Virus record (IMG/VR): IMGVR_UViG_3300037067_003476
Location: 1 to 64,000 of that record
Origin: a virus
Taxonomy: Duplodnaviria; Caudoviricetes
Length of the DNA stretch: 64,000 nucleotides
Reading direction: 5' to 3' (one strand)
Part shown: positions 1-9,118 of the stretch, one piece after another
How the letters are laid out: each line of letters opens with the position of its first letter
Position numbering within the stretch: the stretch's first letter is position 1
The notes under the pieces: model-generated
Databases searched by the model: none
The model's input: the letters and a program-made list of their open reading frames with translations, nothing else
What the model was told of the DNA's origin: nothing
Made by a program: the position numbers and the translations under genes

Positions 1-1
1 C

Positions 2-742
2 ACCAAAGAGTTTCGCGACTACATCAAAGGCAGATCACTCAATTTAATGGGTTGTCAAAGTCTGGTTTCGTTACCAGACAACTTGAACGTCTGTGGGGAT
101 TTACATCTTAATGGCTGCACAGCACTTAAATCGCTGCCAGATAACTTGAAAATTGGCGGATATTTAGATCTTCGTAGCTGCATAGCACTTAAATCGCTGC
201 CAAACAATTTGAGGGTTGGCAGAGATCTATATCTTCGTAGCTGCATAGCACTTAAATCGCTGCCAAACAATTTGAGGGTTGGCAGAGATCTATATCTTCG
301 TAGCTGCATAGCACTTAAATCGCTGCCAAACAATTTTAGGGTTGGCAGAGATCTATATCTTCATAACTGCACAGCACTCAAATCGCTGCCAGACAAGTTG
401 AGAGTCGGTAGAAGTTTACATCTTAATGGCTGCACAGCACTCAAGTCGCTGCCAAACAATTTGAAAGTTGGCGGAAATTTATATCTTGGTGGCTGCACAG
501 CACTCAAGTCGCTGCCAAACAATTTGAGAGTCGGTGGAAGTTTACATCTTAATGGCTGCACAGTACTTAAATCGTTGCCAGATAACTTGAAAATTGGCGG
601 ATATTTAGATCTTCGTAGCTGCATAGCACTTAAATCGCTGCCAAACAATTTTAGGGTTGGCAGAGATCTATATCTTCATAACTGCACAGCACTCAAATCG
701 TTGCCAGATAACTTGAAAGTCAAAGTAAGTTGTAGAAGCTGA
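2..742 (+). CDS. Leucine-rich repeat protein (21-aa LRR units), 5' partial; frame is open from the window edge (TKEFRDYIKGRSLNLMGC...)
   Basis: About 10 tandem LKSLPxNLxVGxxLxLxxCTA units; no stop upstream of ATG 47; the upstream sequence matches the paralog at 11281, which has a ~95-aa N-terminal domain. Confidence 0.9.
   Translation, partial: TKEFRDYIKGRSLNLMGCQSLVSLPDNLNVCGDLHLNGCTALKSLPDNLKIGGYLDLRSCIALKSLPNNLRVGRDLYLRSCIALKSLPNNLRVGRDLYLRSCIALKSLPNNFRVGRDLYLHNCTALKSLPDKLRVGRSLHLNGCTALKSLPNNLKVGGNLYLGGCTALKSLPNNLRVGGSLHLNGCTVLKSLPDNLKIGGYLDLRSCIALKSLPNNFRVGRDLYLHNCTALKSLPDNLKVKVSCRS
62..721 (+). repeat. 63-bp coding tandem repeat array (~10.5 units)
   Basis: Repeated cttaaatcgctgcca...ctgcacagca units; units at 188 and 251 identical. 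Confidence 0.95.
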
Positions 743-792
743 GAAGTTCGTCAAAGACAAGAAAGATCTTCTGACGAAAGGAGATAATAACA

Positions 793-1104
793 ATGCTTGA
801 GGATATAGGTAATCTTAGTCTGTCTAGGCCAGATGATGCGAATATCCCGGTTACTATATTTATTAGTCAAATAGATGAAAAGGGCGACCCCAATTACGGA
901 AAGTTCAGATTGACGGCAGAGAATTTCATGCCAAGACGATCATCCGTATCCTCGGAAGCCTACGAGGCAATTGCGGACAACAGAGAAGAGTTTAAAGACT
1001 TCCTGAATAAAGTTCGCGAGCTATACGTAGCCGCATTGACCAAGATCGACGCGATGATAAATGAAAGTGAGGATAGTTTGTATTACTGGCGGATAAAGGA
1101 TTAA
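793..1104 (+). CDS. hypothetical protein
   Basis: ORF with AGGAG RBS. Confidence 0.7.
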   Translation: MLEDIGNLSLSRPDDANIPVTIFISQIDEKGDPNYGKFRLTAENFMPRRSSVSSEAYEAIADNREEFKDFLNKVRELYVAALTKIDAMINESEDSLYYWRIKD

Positions 1105-1226
1105 CACAATGGGATTCTGGCAAACCGTCCTGATTGAACTAGGGTCATCCTACTAAACACAATATTGTATCTTGGTGGATGGTATAACTAGCCAAAGTCG
1201 GGTCTGGCGCAGACGGGAGAAACAGG

Positions 1227-1451
1227 ATGAGGTTGATCGGCATAATCCTGAACGGAAAGGAATTTCCCGGCATAATACGGGTAAATAGAGATGGCAAGAT
1301 TAATCTAACAATAGAGACTGTTTCAGGATCTGTGTTATTCAAGAATACCAGTATTTCAAAGGTCGTAGAAGTGTTAGACGGAAAAGGATCACTAACCAGC
1401 AAAGGATTAACTAGGTTGGTCGACATGGTATCGCGACAAGATGAGGTATAG
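1227..1451 (+). CDS. hypothetical protein
   Basis: ORF with GGAG RBS. Confidence 0.55.
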   Translation: MRLIGIILNGKEFPGIIRVNRDGKINLTIETVSGSVLFKNTSISKVVEVLDGKGSLTSKGLTRLVDMVSRQDEV

Positions 1452-1505
1452 GAAAATATCTCAACTTATTGTAGTTGATACGAAATAGCAACTAGGGGCC
1501 ACATT

Positions 1506-1697
1506 ATGCTAAACTTAGTACCACTCCGGTTTAAGTCTGCTGTTGATGCGCTAATAAGCGCCGCTAACAAACTTGAACAAGAAATTCGTACTGAAGAGAA
1601 AAATAAGGCCGTTACAAAAATAAAGGAATGGTTTTTTATGTACGAAAAGGTTGATATAAATATTGATACTTTGATAAAGAGTATATTAGACGAGTAA
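1506..1697 (+). CDS. hypothetical protein
   Basis: co-oriented short ORF. Confidence 0.5.
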   Translation: MLNLVPLRFKSAVDALISAANKLEQEIRTEEKNKAVTKIKEWFFMYEKVDINIDTLIKSILDE

Positions 1698-1723
1698 ATT
1701 CGTCTGCAAGACGGAGAATATAT

Positions 1724-1924
1724 ATGGCGGATAAGATTCGGCAATACGCCATCGTCGATACGCAAGGGAACATAGTCCCTAATACGGTCAGCGATGATGG
1801 TGCAAAATGTTGGATAATGTTTCTAAGTATACCTATGTTTTACAAATATATTTCCAGTGGCATCGATGCTGCAATAAAAGATGGTTACAGAAGATCTTTA
1901 GTGGAGGTGTCAAATGAAAAATAA
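1724..1924 (+). CDS. hypothetical protein
   Basis: GGAG RBS, coupled to next gene. Confidence 0.6.
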   Translation: MADKIRQYAIVDTQGNIVPNTVSDDGAKCWIMFLSIPMFYKYISSGIDAAIKDGYRRSLVEVSNEK

Positions 1925-2444
1925 TATTACAAGTCTTAGAGATATTTACTATCCAATAGGTTCTGGTACTCAACTTTTTTATGGTATTGCGCGACTACGC
2001 GATATGATCGCAGAATATCCAGTAGATATCGACTGTGATTTTCAAAGGGGCCACGTATGGACTACAAAACAAAAACAATTGTTCGTCGGGCATCTATTAG
2101 AAGGTGGTCAGATTCCATCCTGTATTCTTAACGTCGATCCTGAAGAAACCTTATCTGCTGCCCAATTAGTAGACGGCAAGCAGAGAATGACAGCATGTAT
2201 CGATTGGTGCGAAGGGGTCGTAGTAGCAGAATTAAGTGATGGTAGATTTATTAAATACAACGAGTTAGATAAAACGAGTATAACAATGTGCTCTATGACC
2301 ATTGGGCTACGATTTATTATAACTAAGATGACAAGGAAAGACGTTTTATCTCTGTATATTAAGCTCAATAGAGGTGGAACCGTACACACAGAGGAAGAGA
2401 TAAACAAGGTCAAAGAATTGCTTAAAGCAGAACAAGGGAAATAA
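1914..2444 (+). CDS. DUF262 (GmrS-like ParB/Srx) domain protein
   Basis: FQRGHVW, P-x-x-I, LVDGKQR and LNRGGT motifs; GGAGG RBS. Confidence 0.85.
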   Translation: MKNNITSLRDIYYPIGSGTQLFYGIARLRDMIAEYPVDIDCDFQRGHVWTTKQKQLFVGHLLEGGQIPSCILNVDPEETLSAAQLVDGKQRMTACIDWCEGVVVAELSDGRFIKYNELDKTSITMCSMTIGLRFIITKMTRKDVLSLYIKLNRGGTVHTEEEINKVKELLKAEQGK

Positions 2445-2445
2445 T

Positions 2446-2703
2446 ATGGCTTTCTCTAAATATCACGGAAGATGCGTAGGAAGACTTATGTATTTCCTGT
2501 ATCATTATCATCAGGATTTTGATGAATGTCAGATGGGAGATGGAGAGGTAACATTTCATGGGAAAGTAGTCGCTAAATATGTTTGGGATGGAGACACAGA
2601 CATCCCGACGTTTGTTTTCTATGGACGTTTTGAGTATCTAAATCAAGTACAGGATCGGTTGAAGAAACAAGTTCTTGAAGGAGACAAGGGATGGAAATCG
2701 TAG
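2446..2703 (+). CDS. hypothetical protein
   Basis: packed ORF. Confidence 0.6.
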   Translation: MAFSKYHGRCVGRLMYFLYHYHQDFDECQMGDGEVTFHGKVVAKYVWDGDTDIPTFVFYGRFEYLNQVQDRLKKQVLEGDKGWKS

Positions 2704-2945
2704 GCAAGCCAGCTATGATAAAGGCGTTTGTCAACAAGTCTGGCGGAATGGCTGTATGGGGACGTTGCACTATCGTTGCAGAATCCAGGGATAATATCGC
2801 GGTAGAATCTACACAAAGGGTTTATAATTCAAAAAAGAAGCAGGTCGAAAGCAGGTCTGCTATTTTTGATTGTTACGATCAGGTAGTGCGTACAGATATC
2901 ATTCCCAAAAAAACAATAATGGAAATGGTCTTATACTCTAACTAA
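2691..2945 (+). CDS. hypothetical protein
   Basis: packed ORF with RBS. Confidence 0.6.
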   Translation: MEIVGKPAMIKAFVNKSGGMAVWGRCTIVAESRDNIAVESTQRVYNSKKKQVESRSAIFDCYDQVVRTDIIPKKTIMEMVLYSN

Positions 2946-2966
2946 TTAGAAAGGATAAAAAAGACA

Positions 2967-3146
2967 ATGAATGATCTACTTATTGGTGTTGATTTCTGTG
3001 CGTGTGGCCCACTTAACACGATCAGGTGCGATGGTGCATGTCGCAAGTCTCACATAAACAACGATGGAGAGGTTGTGTGTTCCGAAAAGTATCGGTACTC
3101 TCCGCCTCCTAGAAAGAGGGAAAAGAAGAAGGAAGATAGACAATGA
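2967..3146 (+). CDS. small Cys-rich hypothetical protein (59 aa, not in ORF track)
   Basis: MNDLLIGVDFCACGPLNTIRCDGAC...; AAGGA upstream. Confidence 0.5.
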   Translation: MNDLLIGVDFCACGPLNTIRCDGACRKSHINNDGEVVCSEKYRYSPPPRKREKKKEDRQ

Positions 3147-3446
3147 TGTCGTTGGCATGCTTTTTAACGGGGCTGATACTCGGTGCGTTTTATCCAAGAA
3201 TATTCGCTAGGATAAAAGATATTAACTGGGAATGGCTAGTAGACGACTTTGATCGTAACATAAGGCACTAAGCGATTGTGATGCGCAGGTAGTACAGAGT
3301 TACAACAAAACCGGTGTACCTGCAAAGCACACATCGTTTTTATTCAAGCCGACTAGATAGTTGTGTATGTACATACCCGACTATCGAATAGCGGACTAGG
3401 GGTGGGTGGAGTCGGTTGTAGAACCCCATTTATTTGGAGGTGTGAT

Positions 3447-3980
3447 GTGTGTTCTGGTTACCTATTAAACGTTATGAATACCAACAAGCTTGAACAAATA
3501 GTGAAAGACATATCTGAGTTTCTTAGTTCTCAATGCATCGATTTCAATTCTATCGCCGCAAGAGGATTGAGTGGCACACTGGTGTCGTCGCCCGTATGTA
3601 TTGCGACAGGCAAAAGCATAGTGGTTGTGCGAAAGGGCGAAAGTACCCACGGATACGAGGTGGAGGCTGACGTGTGTCCAAGTCGATACATTATAATCGA
3701 CGACTTTATAGATACTGGAGCAACGATAAAGGCAATAATAAATAGAATCAGTGGCCTTTATATTGGGACAAAATGTGTTGGGGTAGTTTTATACCAACAG
3801 TATATTCACGACATAGATGATCAGGGTATAGTATTTTTTGACACATCCTTCGTGGACGATGCAAAAATAGCCGAACTGGTCGTAGAAGACGCCTATCGAA
3901 TAAAATCTCGAAAACAAGTCGATGGAAGCGAACTTAAAACTACGATATACAAAAGATCAGGGGCAAATCATAATGACTAG
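3447..3980 (+). CDS. Type I phosphoribosyltransferase-family protein
   Basis: PRPP-binding loop IIIDDFIDTGAT, RGLSG, VRK; likely GTG start at 3447 after GGAGG. Confidence 0.85.
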   Translation: MCSGYLLNVMNTNKLEQIVKDISEFLSSQCIDFNSIAARGLSGTLVSSPVCIATGKSIVVVRKGESTHGYEVEADVCPSRYIIIDDFIDTGATIKAIINRISGLYIGTKCVGVVLYQQYIHDIDDQGIVFFDTSFVDDAKIAELVVEDAYRIKSRKQVDGSELKTTIYKRSGANHND

Positions 3981-4353
3981 TACCGATGAAATACGAGCCA
4001 TAGCAACCAGGGTAAGAGGGTGGGCAGAAAAAAGATCTGTGTACGAAAGATCAGACTTAACGGGAATGTGTGCTATATGCTCATATCGCATTGGAAGATT
4101 GTTAACTAGACATGGCTATAGGCCAAAATTGTGTATGAACAAAAATCACGCCTTTATAACACTTGGAAGAGGAAAACAAAGAATAGTTGTTGATGTAACG
4201 GCCACACAGTTCGACCATACGGAAAAGGTAGTTATAACAAATCTCATAGACAAATGGTACTGGAAAATAACAGACGGGGTTAGATTGCCCGCCGACAGAA
4301 AAAGGATACAAAAAATGTTCCATGCTTGGCCATTGGAACAAAGGCCGATATGA
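3973..4353 (+). CDS. putative transglutaminase/papain-fold protein (Cys-His-Asp)
   Basis: GMCAICS...NHAF...VVDVTATQF spacing fits a C-H-D triad. Confidence 0.5.
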   Translation: MTSTDEIRAIATRVRGWAEKRSVYERSDLTGMCAICSYRIGRLLTRHGYRPKLCMNKNHAFITLGRGKQRIVVDVTATQFDHTEKVVITNLIDKWYWKITDGVRLPADRKRIQKMFHAWPLEQRPI

Positions 4354-4520
4354 GAAATCGCGATATTCGCAAGATACATCAACTTATTGTCGACAACGAA
4401 ATCTACTAATTCCCATTTCGTATCGCAGCCATGTTCATACGAGCAGGCAAGGATACTAGATATATTTGTACAGCACAATTCCATAGTTTCGGAACATCAT
4501 TTTACGACGCGAGGTAAACA

Positions 4521-4961
4521 ATGCCAATATTTCCCGTCCAGCAAATCGCGGTATGTTGCAGAGATGCGATAGAGCAACCACATTGCAGTCGCACACCATT
4601 TGTATTGATATCTATCCGTGACAGTAAAAGCAAACCAGTTAACGTTACATGCGAAAAATTAGTTGACGCGATTTATCTGGTATTTGACGACATATCAAAA
4701 CACATAGATGGTCTTGTTATCATGAACGATAAACACGCAATACAAATTGCCGACTTTGTGATACGTTGGCATCGGCACCCACTAATTGTATGTCAATGTG
4801 AAGCTGGAATTTCAAGAAGCGCTGGGGTTGCTGCGGCCATTATGAATTATTTGGGTGGTGATGATGAATTGATATTCAACAGCGACATGCTACTACCAAA
4901 TATATATGTATATGATAAGATACGATCAGAATTTCTAAAGCGAGTTACTGGGAAACATTAG
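4521..4961 (+). CDS. Protein tyrosine/dual-specificity phosphatase-like protein
   Basis: CX5R loop QCEAGISRSAG; upstream FDD; downstream PN. Confidence 0.85.
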   Translation: MPIFPVQQIAVCCRDAIEQPHCSRTPFVLISIRDSKSKPVNVTCEKLVDAIYLVFDDISKHIDGLVIMNDKHAIQIADFVIRWHRHPLIVCQCEAGISRSAGVAAAIMNYLGGDDELIFNSDMLLPNIYVYDKIRSEFLKRVTGKH

Positions 4962-5013
4962 AATGGAACGAAATATGCGTAGACTACTGTAATAAAGCCA
5001 AAGGGAAAAAGAA

Positions 5014-5727
5014 ATGAAATGTCCAAACTGTAAAACAGATCTACTTGAATCAACAGAAAAAATAGCCTATGAAACTATGAGCGATCACGTTTGCGATCCA
5101 AACACAGATCCTCCAGCTAGAACATTTTTCTATTGCAAAAATCCAAACTGCGCATTATTTGAGTCGGCATTCTGGGATAGTTACGGAGATTTTTACGGAA
5201 AAGATCATAATGCAGATCAATGGTACGAGAACAATTCTCGCTATAGCTTTGTATCAAAAACATTCAATAGAAAAGGCGCCAGTGCTCTCAATTCTTTTAG
5301 TAGAGAATTTGAAGATGGATGCATAAAAAGAGAGAGGTATTGGTGGAGACGACTAAGGAATAGACTTCACACCAGACGTGGAAACTTTGGAGTTGAAATT
5401 AGACGAGATTATAATCCACTTTTATATGATTCTGATCCAAATTGGCCAAAGTCTTTGACTAAATGGAAGTACATGATCGGCGTTTGGATAATGGACCCAC
5501 TAGGAAGAAGATATTCAAAATACATCAGTCGCCACAAAAGTTTTCCAACAACTGATATTACGTGTTTGGCTCAGTGGAGATATCACCCGTATCCATGGGT
5601 AAGATGGATTGTTGGAAGATATCTTGATAAGGTATGTATTGAACATTGTTTTGAATCCAGACCATACTATGGGGAACCAACTTATATGATTTGTAACAAT
5701 TGTTTTAAAATTGTGGAGAAAAAATGA
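5014..5727 (+). CDS. hypothetical protein with CxxC motifs
   Basis: 237-aa ORF. Confidence 0.7.
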   Translation: MKCPNCKTDLLESTEKIAYETMSDHVCDPNTDPPARTFFYCKNPNCALFESAFWDSYGDFYGKDHNADQWYENNSRYSFVSKTFNRKGASALNSFSREFEDGCIKRERYWWRRLRNRLHTRRGNFGVEIRRDYNPLLYDSDPNWPKSLTKWKYMIGVWIMDPLGRRYSKYISRHKSFPTTDITCLAQWRYHPYPWVRWIVGRYLDKVCIEHCFESRPYYGEPTYMICNNCFKIVEKK

Positions 5728-5769
5728 CATGACGAGAACTTCTTGGAGTAATTAAAAGGAAGGATAAAC

Positions 5770-6051
5770 ATGAGTAGTACAGTATGTCTACAGGCAACTG
5801 AATTCGTTAACAAACCACAAGGTACTAAGACATTCGGCTATCGTATCTATGATGATTGTGACCAGATGTACGATAATAATCTTGAAATAATGATAGATGA
5901 TGATTTAGAATTACTTCAATATGCATTGACATCTGATAATAGTCGTATATTAGATATGCTATCCTTTCTGGTAGAAGAAACACAGTGTGGTATGGAGATT
6001 AATGGTCAATGGTATGAATGGGATAAAATAAAGCAATTATTTGAGGAATAA
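5770..6051 (+). CDS. hypothetical protein
   Basis: AGGA RBS. Confidence 0.65.
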   Translation: MSSTVCLQATEFVNKPQGTKTFGYRIYDDCDQMYDNNLEIMIDDDLELLQYALTSDNSRILDMLSFLVEETQCGMEINGQWYEWDKIKQLFEE

Positions 6052-6100
6052 AAAAGAAACAGTTTGCCATTATCGTTAGACATATTCGGAGACCACGAAC

Positions 6101-6277
6101 ATGAGAGTTAAGGTTGAGAGTATAACGTTGTTGTATACCTGTCCTGTTTGTGAAGAAAAATTTAGACAACCATTGTCTGAGATCGTTGGGGCTGGAACGG
6201 CAGTGTGTCCAGACTGCGACTATGATTGTGACTTAGAAGACGAGGTATGGGTAGATTCGGATGGACAAGATGATTGA
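6101..6277 (+). CDS. small zinc-ribbon protein (58 aa, not in ORF track)
   Basis: CPVC...CPDC; GGAG RBS. Confidence 0.6.
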   Translation: MRVKVESITLLYTCPVCEEKFRQPLSEIVGAGTAVCPDCDYDCDLEDEVWVDSDGQDD

Positions 6278-6394
6278 TAAGGCAATGTAGGTAGTTTCGA
6301 TTTTACCAATAAACGTAGAATAGAAAAAGCAATATTGGCCAATATCGTAAAAAAATACCGTAAATTCCAAAAACAATAGTTAATAAAGCCATAA

Positions 6395-6468
6395 GCGCCT
6401 ATAACTCAATGGTTTAGAGTAATCGGCTTTTAACCGATAAGTTGCAGGTTCGAGTCCTGCTGGGCGCA
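6395..6468 (+). tRNA. tRNA-Lys (anticodon UUU), CCA not encoded
   Basis: Acceptor GCGCCTA/TGGGCGC, D arm ACTC/GAGT, anticodon stem ATCGG-CTTTTAA-CCGAT, T arm GCAGG-TTCGAGT-CCTGC. Confidence 0.95.
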
Positions 6469-6523
6469 ATAAATAGGGAGATTGTTAAACAGGAAACTAG
6501 AAAACAATAGAAAGGTGAGTCAA

Positions 6524-6802
6524 ATGGTCGCACGATTGTCGCTCAATTCTAAACAAGAAGAACTTGTTAGCACGGCGATATCCCGTCTAATGAAACATCC
6601 TTTGCCAGAAAGGTTAAGGATGTTTGGTTTGCGAGACGACAAAAGAGGTAAGCCTGGAACAACCATTACCGAAGACATTCTTGAAATAGATATGGAGGAG
6701 CGGAAGTTCCTTAAGGCGTTGTGCGCGGAATTATCCGGTATGGAACATCCCGATGCGCATGTTTTGGCGGAAAGGATATTGGAGAAACTAGATGAGCACT
6801 AA
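6524..6802 (+). CDS. hypothetical protein
   Basis: AGGTGAG RBS before ATG 6524. Confidence 0.6.
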   Translation: MVARLSLNSKQEELVSTAISRLMKHPLPERLRMFGLRDDKRGKPGTTITEDILEIDMEERKFLKALCAELSGMEHPDAHVLAERILEKLDEH

Positions 6803-7214
6803 CGCAACAATTCAGGGATTGGTTACATATAAAACGAAATATCGTATTCGAGAAGTCGTTGAATCTTTGACCGAAAATGGTTGGATGAAAGATAGTAGGT
6901 TCGTTGAAGGTCATAGCGATAGCGATGTGAATGGACTAACATTAAGAATTCCTTATGGATGTTACCGTAATCTAATTCGTAGACTTGATTTTATAGTGCA
7001 TGACTGTCAATGCGCTAGGATAGTATGGACATCAACGGATGGTATGTTTCATGGCGGAGTATTCGATGGAGAAAGGGAAACTACATACGAATTAAGCCAG
7101 TGGGCAATGGATAATATAGGAAAAGAACCGCCAAATCCAGACGATGATTTCCAAGAGTACTGCGAATGGATGTCAGAAGTAGAAAACGCGTTTCATGGGG
7201 AGTTCGGAAATTGA
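6792..7214 (+). CDS. hypothetical protein
   Basis: packed ORF with GGAG RBS. Confidence 0.7.
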   Translation: MSTNATIQGLVTYKTKYRIREVVESLTENGWMKDSRFVEGHSDSDVNGLTLRIPYGCYRNLIRRLDFIVHDCQCARIVWTSTDGMFHGGVFDGERETTYELSQWAMDNIGKEPPNPDDDFQEYCEWMSEVENAFHGEFGN

Positions 7215-7384
7215 CTGATTCAGATATATTAGCAAGAATACGAGCACAACTTAACGTACTCAGATGTGTAGCGGAGAAAATATACGCTACCGGCGGACAA
7301 CATCCCAATGAATGTTTTACTAAATTACAGGCTATGTCTACTGGTTTGTCAAGCGTAATCGAAAAAAACAAGAGGTATATGTAA
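7211..7384 (+). CDS. hypothetical protein
   Basis: TTGA overlap with previous stop. Confidence 0.45.
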   Translation: MTDSDILARIRAQLNVLRCVAEKIYATGGQHPNECFTKLQAMSTGLSSVIEKNKRYM

Positions 7385-7731
7385 TGGCCTACGTGTATTG
7401 TGCCGATGTTTACTGCTCGGATTGTGGCGCAAGAATCAAGAAATGGTTAGATAAAGCTGAACAAACTCCAGAACATCCAGAAGATGAAACCATATTTGAT
7501 AGTGACGATTACCCGAAATGGTGTGACGACGATGAAGAATCTGATTCGCCACAACATTGTGCTTCACATGGTGATTGCATAAATGTTATTACACTAGAAA
7601 GTGGATACAAAATTGGGTGTTTGATTGGCACTTGTTTAACCACTGATGGTGTAGATTATATTAAGGAAAGGATTGCAGAAGGTGGAGAAGTTGCCGAGTT
7701 TTGGAAGAAAGAGTTTGGTGATTACTTATGA
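7384..7731 (+). CDS. hypothetical protein (Cys-rich, acidic)
   Basis: TAATG coupling, GAGG RBS. Confidence 0.7.
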   Translation: MAYVYCADVYCSDCGARIKKWLDKAEQTPEHPEDETIFDSDDYPKWCDDDEESDSPQHCASHGDCINVITLESGYKIGCLIGTCLTTDGVDYIKERIAEGGEVAEFWKKEFGDYL

Positions 7732-8096
7732 TACCAAAATGTGACCAAGACAACTTTAATACTATTATAAGGGCAGCAAAGAATAATAATCTATGCTTGC
7801 TAGAAACTACTCGTATAAGTGATGGAAAGCAAGTATCTTTGATTTGCGCTGTTAATTTTGTCAATGAACAATACGAAATGGTTCCATTGGCAGTAATGGT
7901 AGAAGACAATCCATACGAGATTTTCACGCCACCAACTTTATCTACCGATAAGCCAGACGATAAAATGTTGTCATGGGCTGCCGACTTGATCGAACAAGAG
8001 ACAGATCAACATTGTCCATCAGATAGCTGGTATAGGGATTATTACATGAAACTAGCAGCTAGAATACGTCAAGGCCCAGGAGATAAAATAGTATGA
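7728..8096 (+). CDS. hypothetical protein
   Basis: ATGA overlap. Confidence 0.7.
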   Translation: MIPKCDQDNFNTIIRAAKNNNLCLLETTRISDGKQVSLICAVNFVNEQYEMVPLAVMVEDNPYEIFTPPTLSTDKPDDKMLSWAADLIEQETDQHCPSDSWYRDYYMKLAARIRQGPGDKIV

Positions 8097-8440
8097 GATC
8101 GCCCGCAATATTCCATTTTCGTCAAGCACATACTCCCAAAGGTGGGATTACAGTAGTTTATAATTTTGAGACGCAAGCATTCGGTTTCGCAGTGTGCTCC
8201 AATAAAGATATGTATTCAAAAGGGACCGGAGTTAGGATAGCGATAGGGAGATCTAGATCGAAGGAATGGAGTGTTGCATATGTCAATAATACAAACCAAG
8301 ATCTTAAACAAGAAGCCATTAGAATCGCGAAAGACCAACAAGATTATGTTAACGAATCTACGTCTCTACGTGCAAGTATGGCAAAATTCAAGATAGATCG
8401 AAATACACATGAAGATATACTAAAAGTTGAATTGGAGTAA
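8093..8440 (+). CDS. hypothetical phage protein
   Basis: ATGA overlap; GGITV...AVCSxxDxYSKxxG pattern. Confidence 0.7.
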   Translation: MRSPAIFHFRQAHTPKGGITVVYNFETQAFGFAVCSNKDMYSKGTGVRIAIGRSRSKEWSVAYVNNTNQDLKQEAIRIAKDQQDYVNESTSLRASMAKFKIDRNTHEDILKVELE

Positions 8441-8443
8441 TCA

Positions 8444-8647
8444 ATGCCCCCTCTTAAATTCAGAAAAGTTAATAGAGATCAATATTACTGTAATGAGATA
8501 AAACCAGGCGATGTCATTAAAACCAACGATGGATTTATTATAGTTGGAGATATAAATCTCAGTCTTGGTACTTGTGGGTGTTGTCGTTATGAGTTTCGTA
8601 CTACAGAAATAGAAGTTGCGTCCCTCCTAGACGCAACGGGAGAATAA
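8444..8647 (+). CDS. hypothetical protein
   Basis: GGAG RBS. Confidence 0.6.
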   Translation: MPPLKFRKVNRDQYYCNEIKPGDVIKTNDGFIIVGDINLSLGTCGCCRYEFRTTEIEVASLLDATGE

Positions 8648-8648
8648 A

Positions 8649-8860
8649 ATGCGATTAAGGGTGTGTTATTTTCCACAAGTTCCATGCAAGCCATTTATAA
8701 TCAAAGTAAAAGGAGTTAAAGAAAGCGTTAAAATTATGGATATATTGGCTCGTTTGATACGTTCCAATGTAATCGCAATATCAAGACCGATTATGCTAAC
8801 AGCCAGTGTTTAGAAATGTTCGACGAGTCGAATGGATCTTGGCGGTGGTTGTGTAGAAGT
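8649..8860 (+). pseudogene. Frameshifted P22 gp17-like (superinfection-exclusion family) gene
   Basis: MRLRVCYFPQVPCKPFIIKVKGVKESVKIMDILA, then after a 1-nt shift near 8752 FDTFQCNRNIKTDYANSQCLEMFDE; resembles the gp17 pattern LRVWHIPQVPMKPF...YDAFQYDNNIKPDYCNANGL. Confidence 0.7.
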
Positions 8861-8890
8861 GGCATCTCTCTTTTCTTTAGGATAAAATGT

Positions 8891-9118
8891 ATGCGAGAAG
8901 TAATAAGAATTGAAACGAGCGATGGGGTTTTGCATAAAGATATAGCAACAGCGACTAGACACGCCGAAGAACGATATGATAGTGAATTGACCAGATTAGC
9001 ATCACGGCTTGTTCGTATTAATAAGTATGTCGAATTTATTGACTTTATTGAAAAACATCTTGACGAATTCGTAAATCTTAGTTTGCTTAAAAGGGACATA
9101 GATCAGGAAGTGGGATAA
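8891..9118 (+). CDS. hypothetical protein
   Basis: AGGA RBS before ATG 8891; the upstream part of the track ORF belongs to the gp17 relic. Confidence 0.6.
   Translation: MREVIRIETSDGVLHKDIATATRHAEERYDSELTRLASRLVRINKYVEFIDFIEKHLDEFVNLSLLKRDIDQEVG

Noticed and set aside
55-648. Repetitive minus-strand ORFs 55-333 and 361-648
   Set aside because: Antisense shadows of the LRR repeat; no independent coding signal.
62-721. 63-bp repeat as a CRISPR array
   Set aside because: Contiguous in-frame coding units with no unique spacers and no cas operon.
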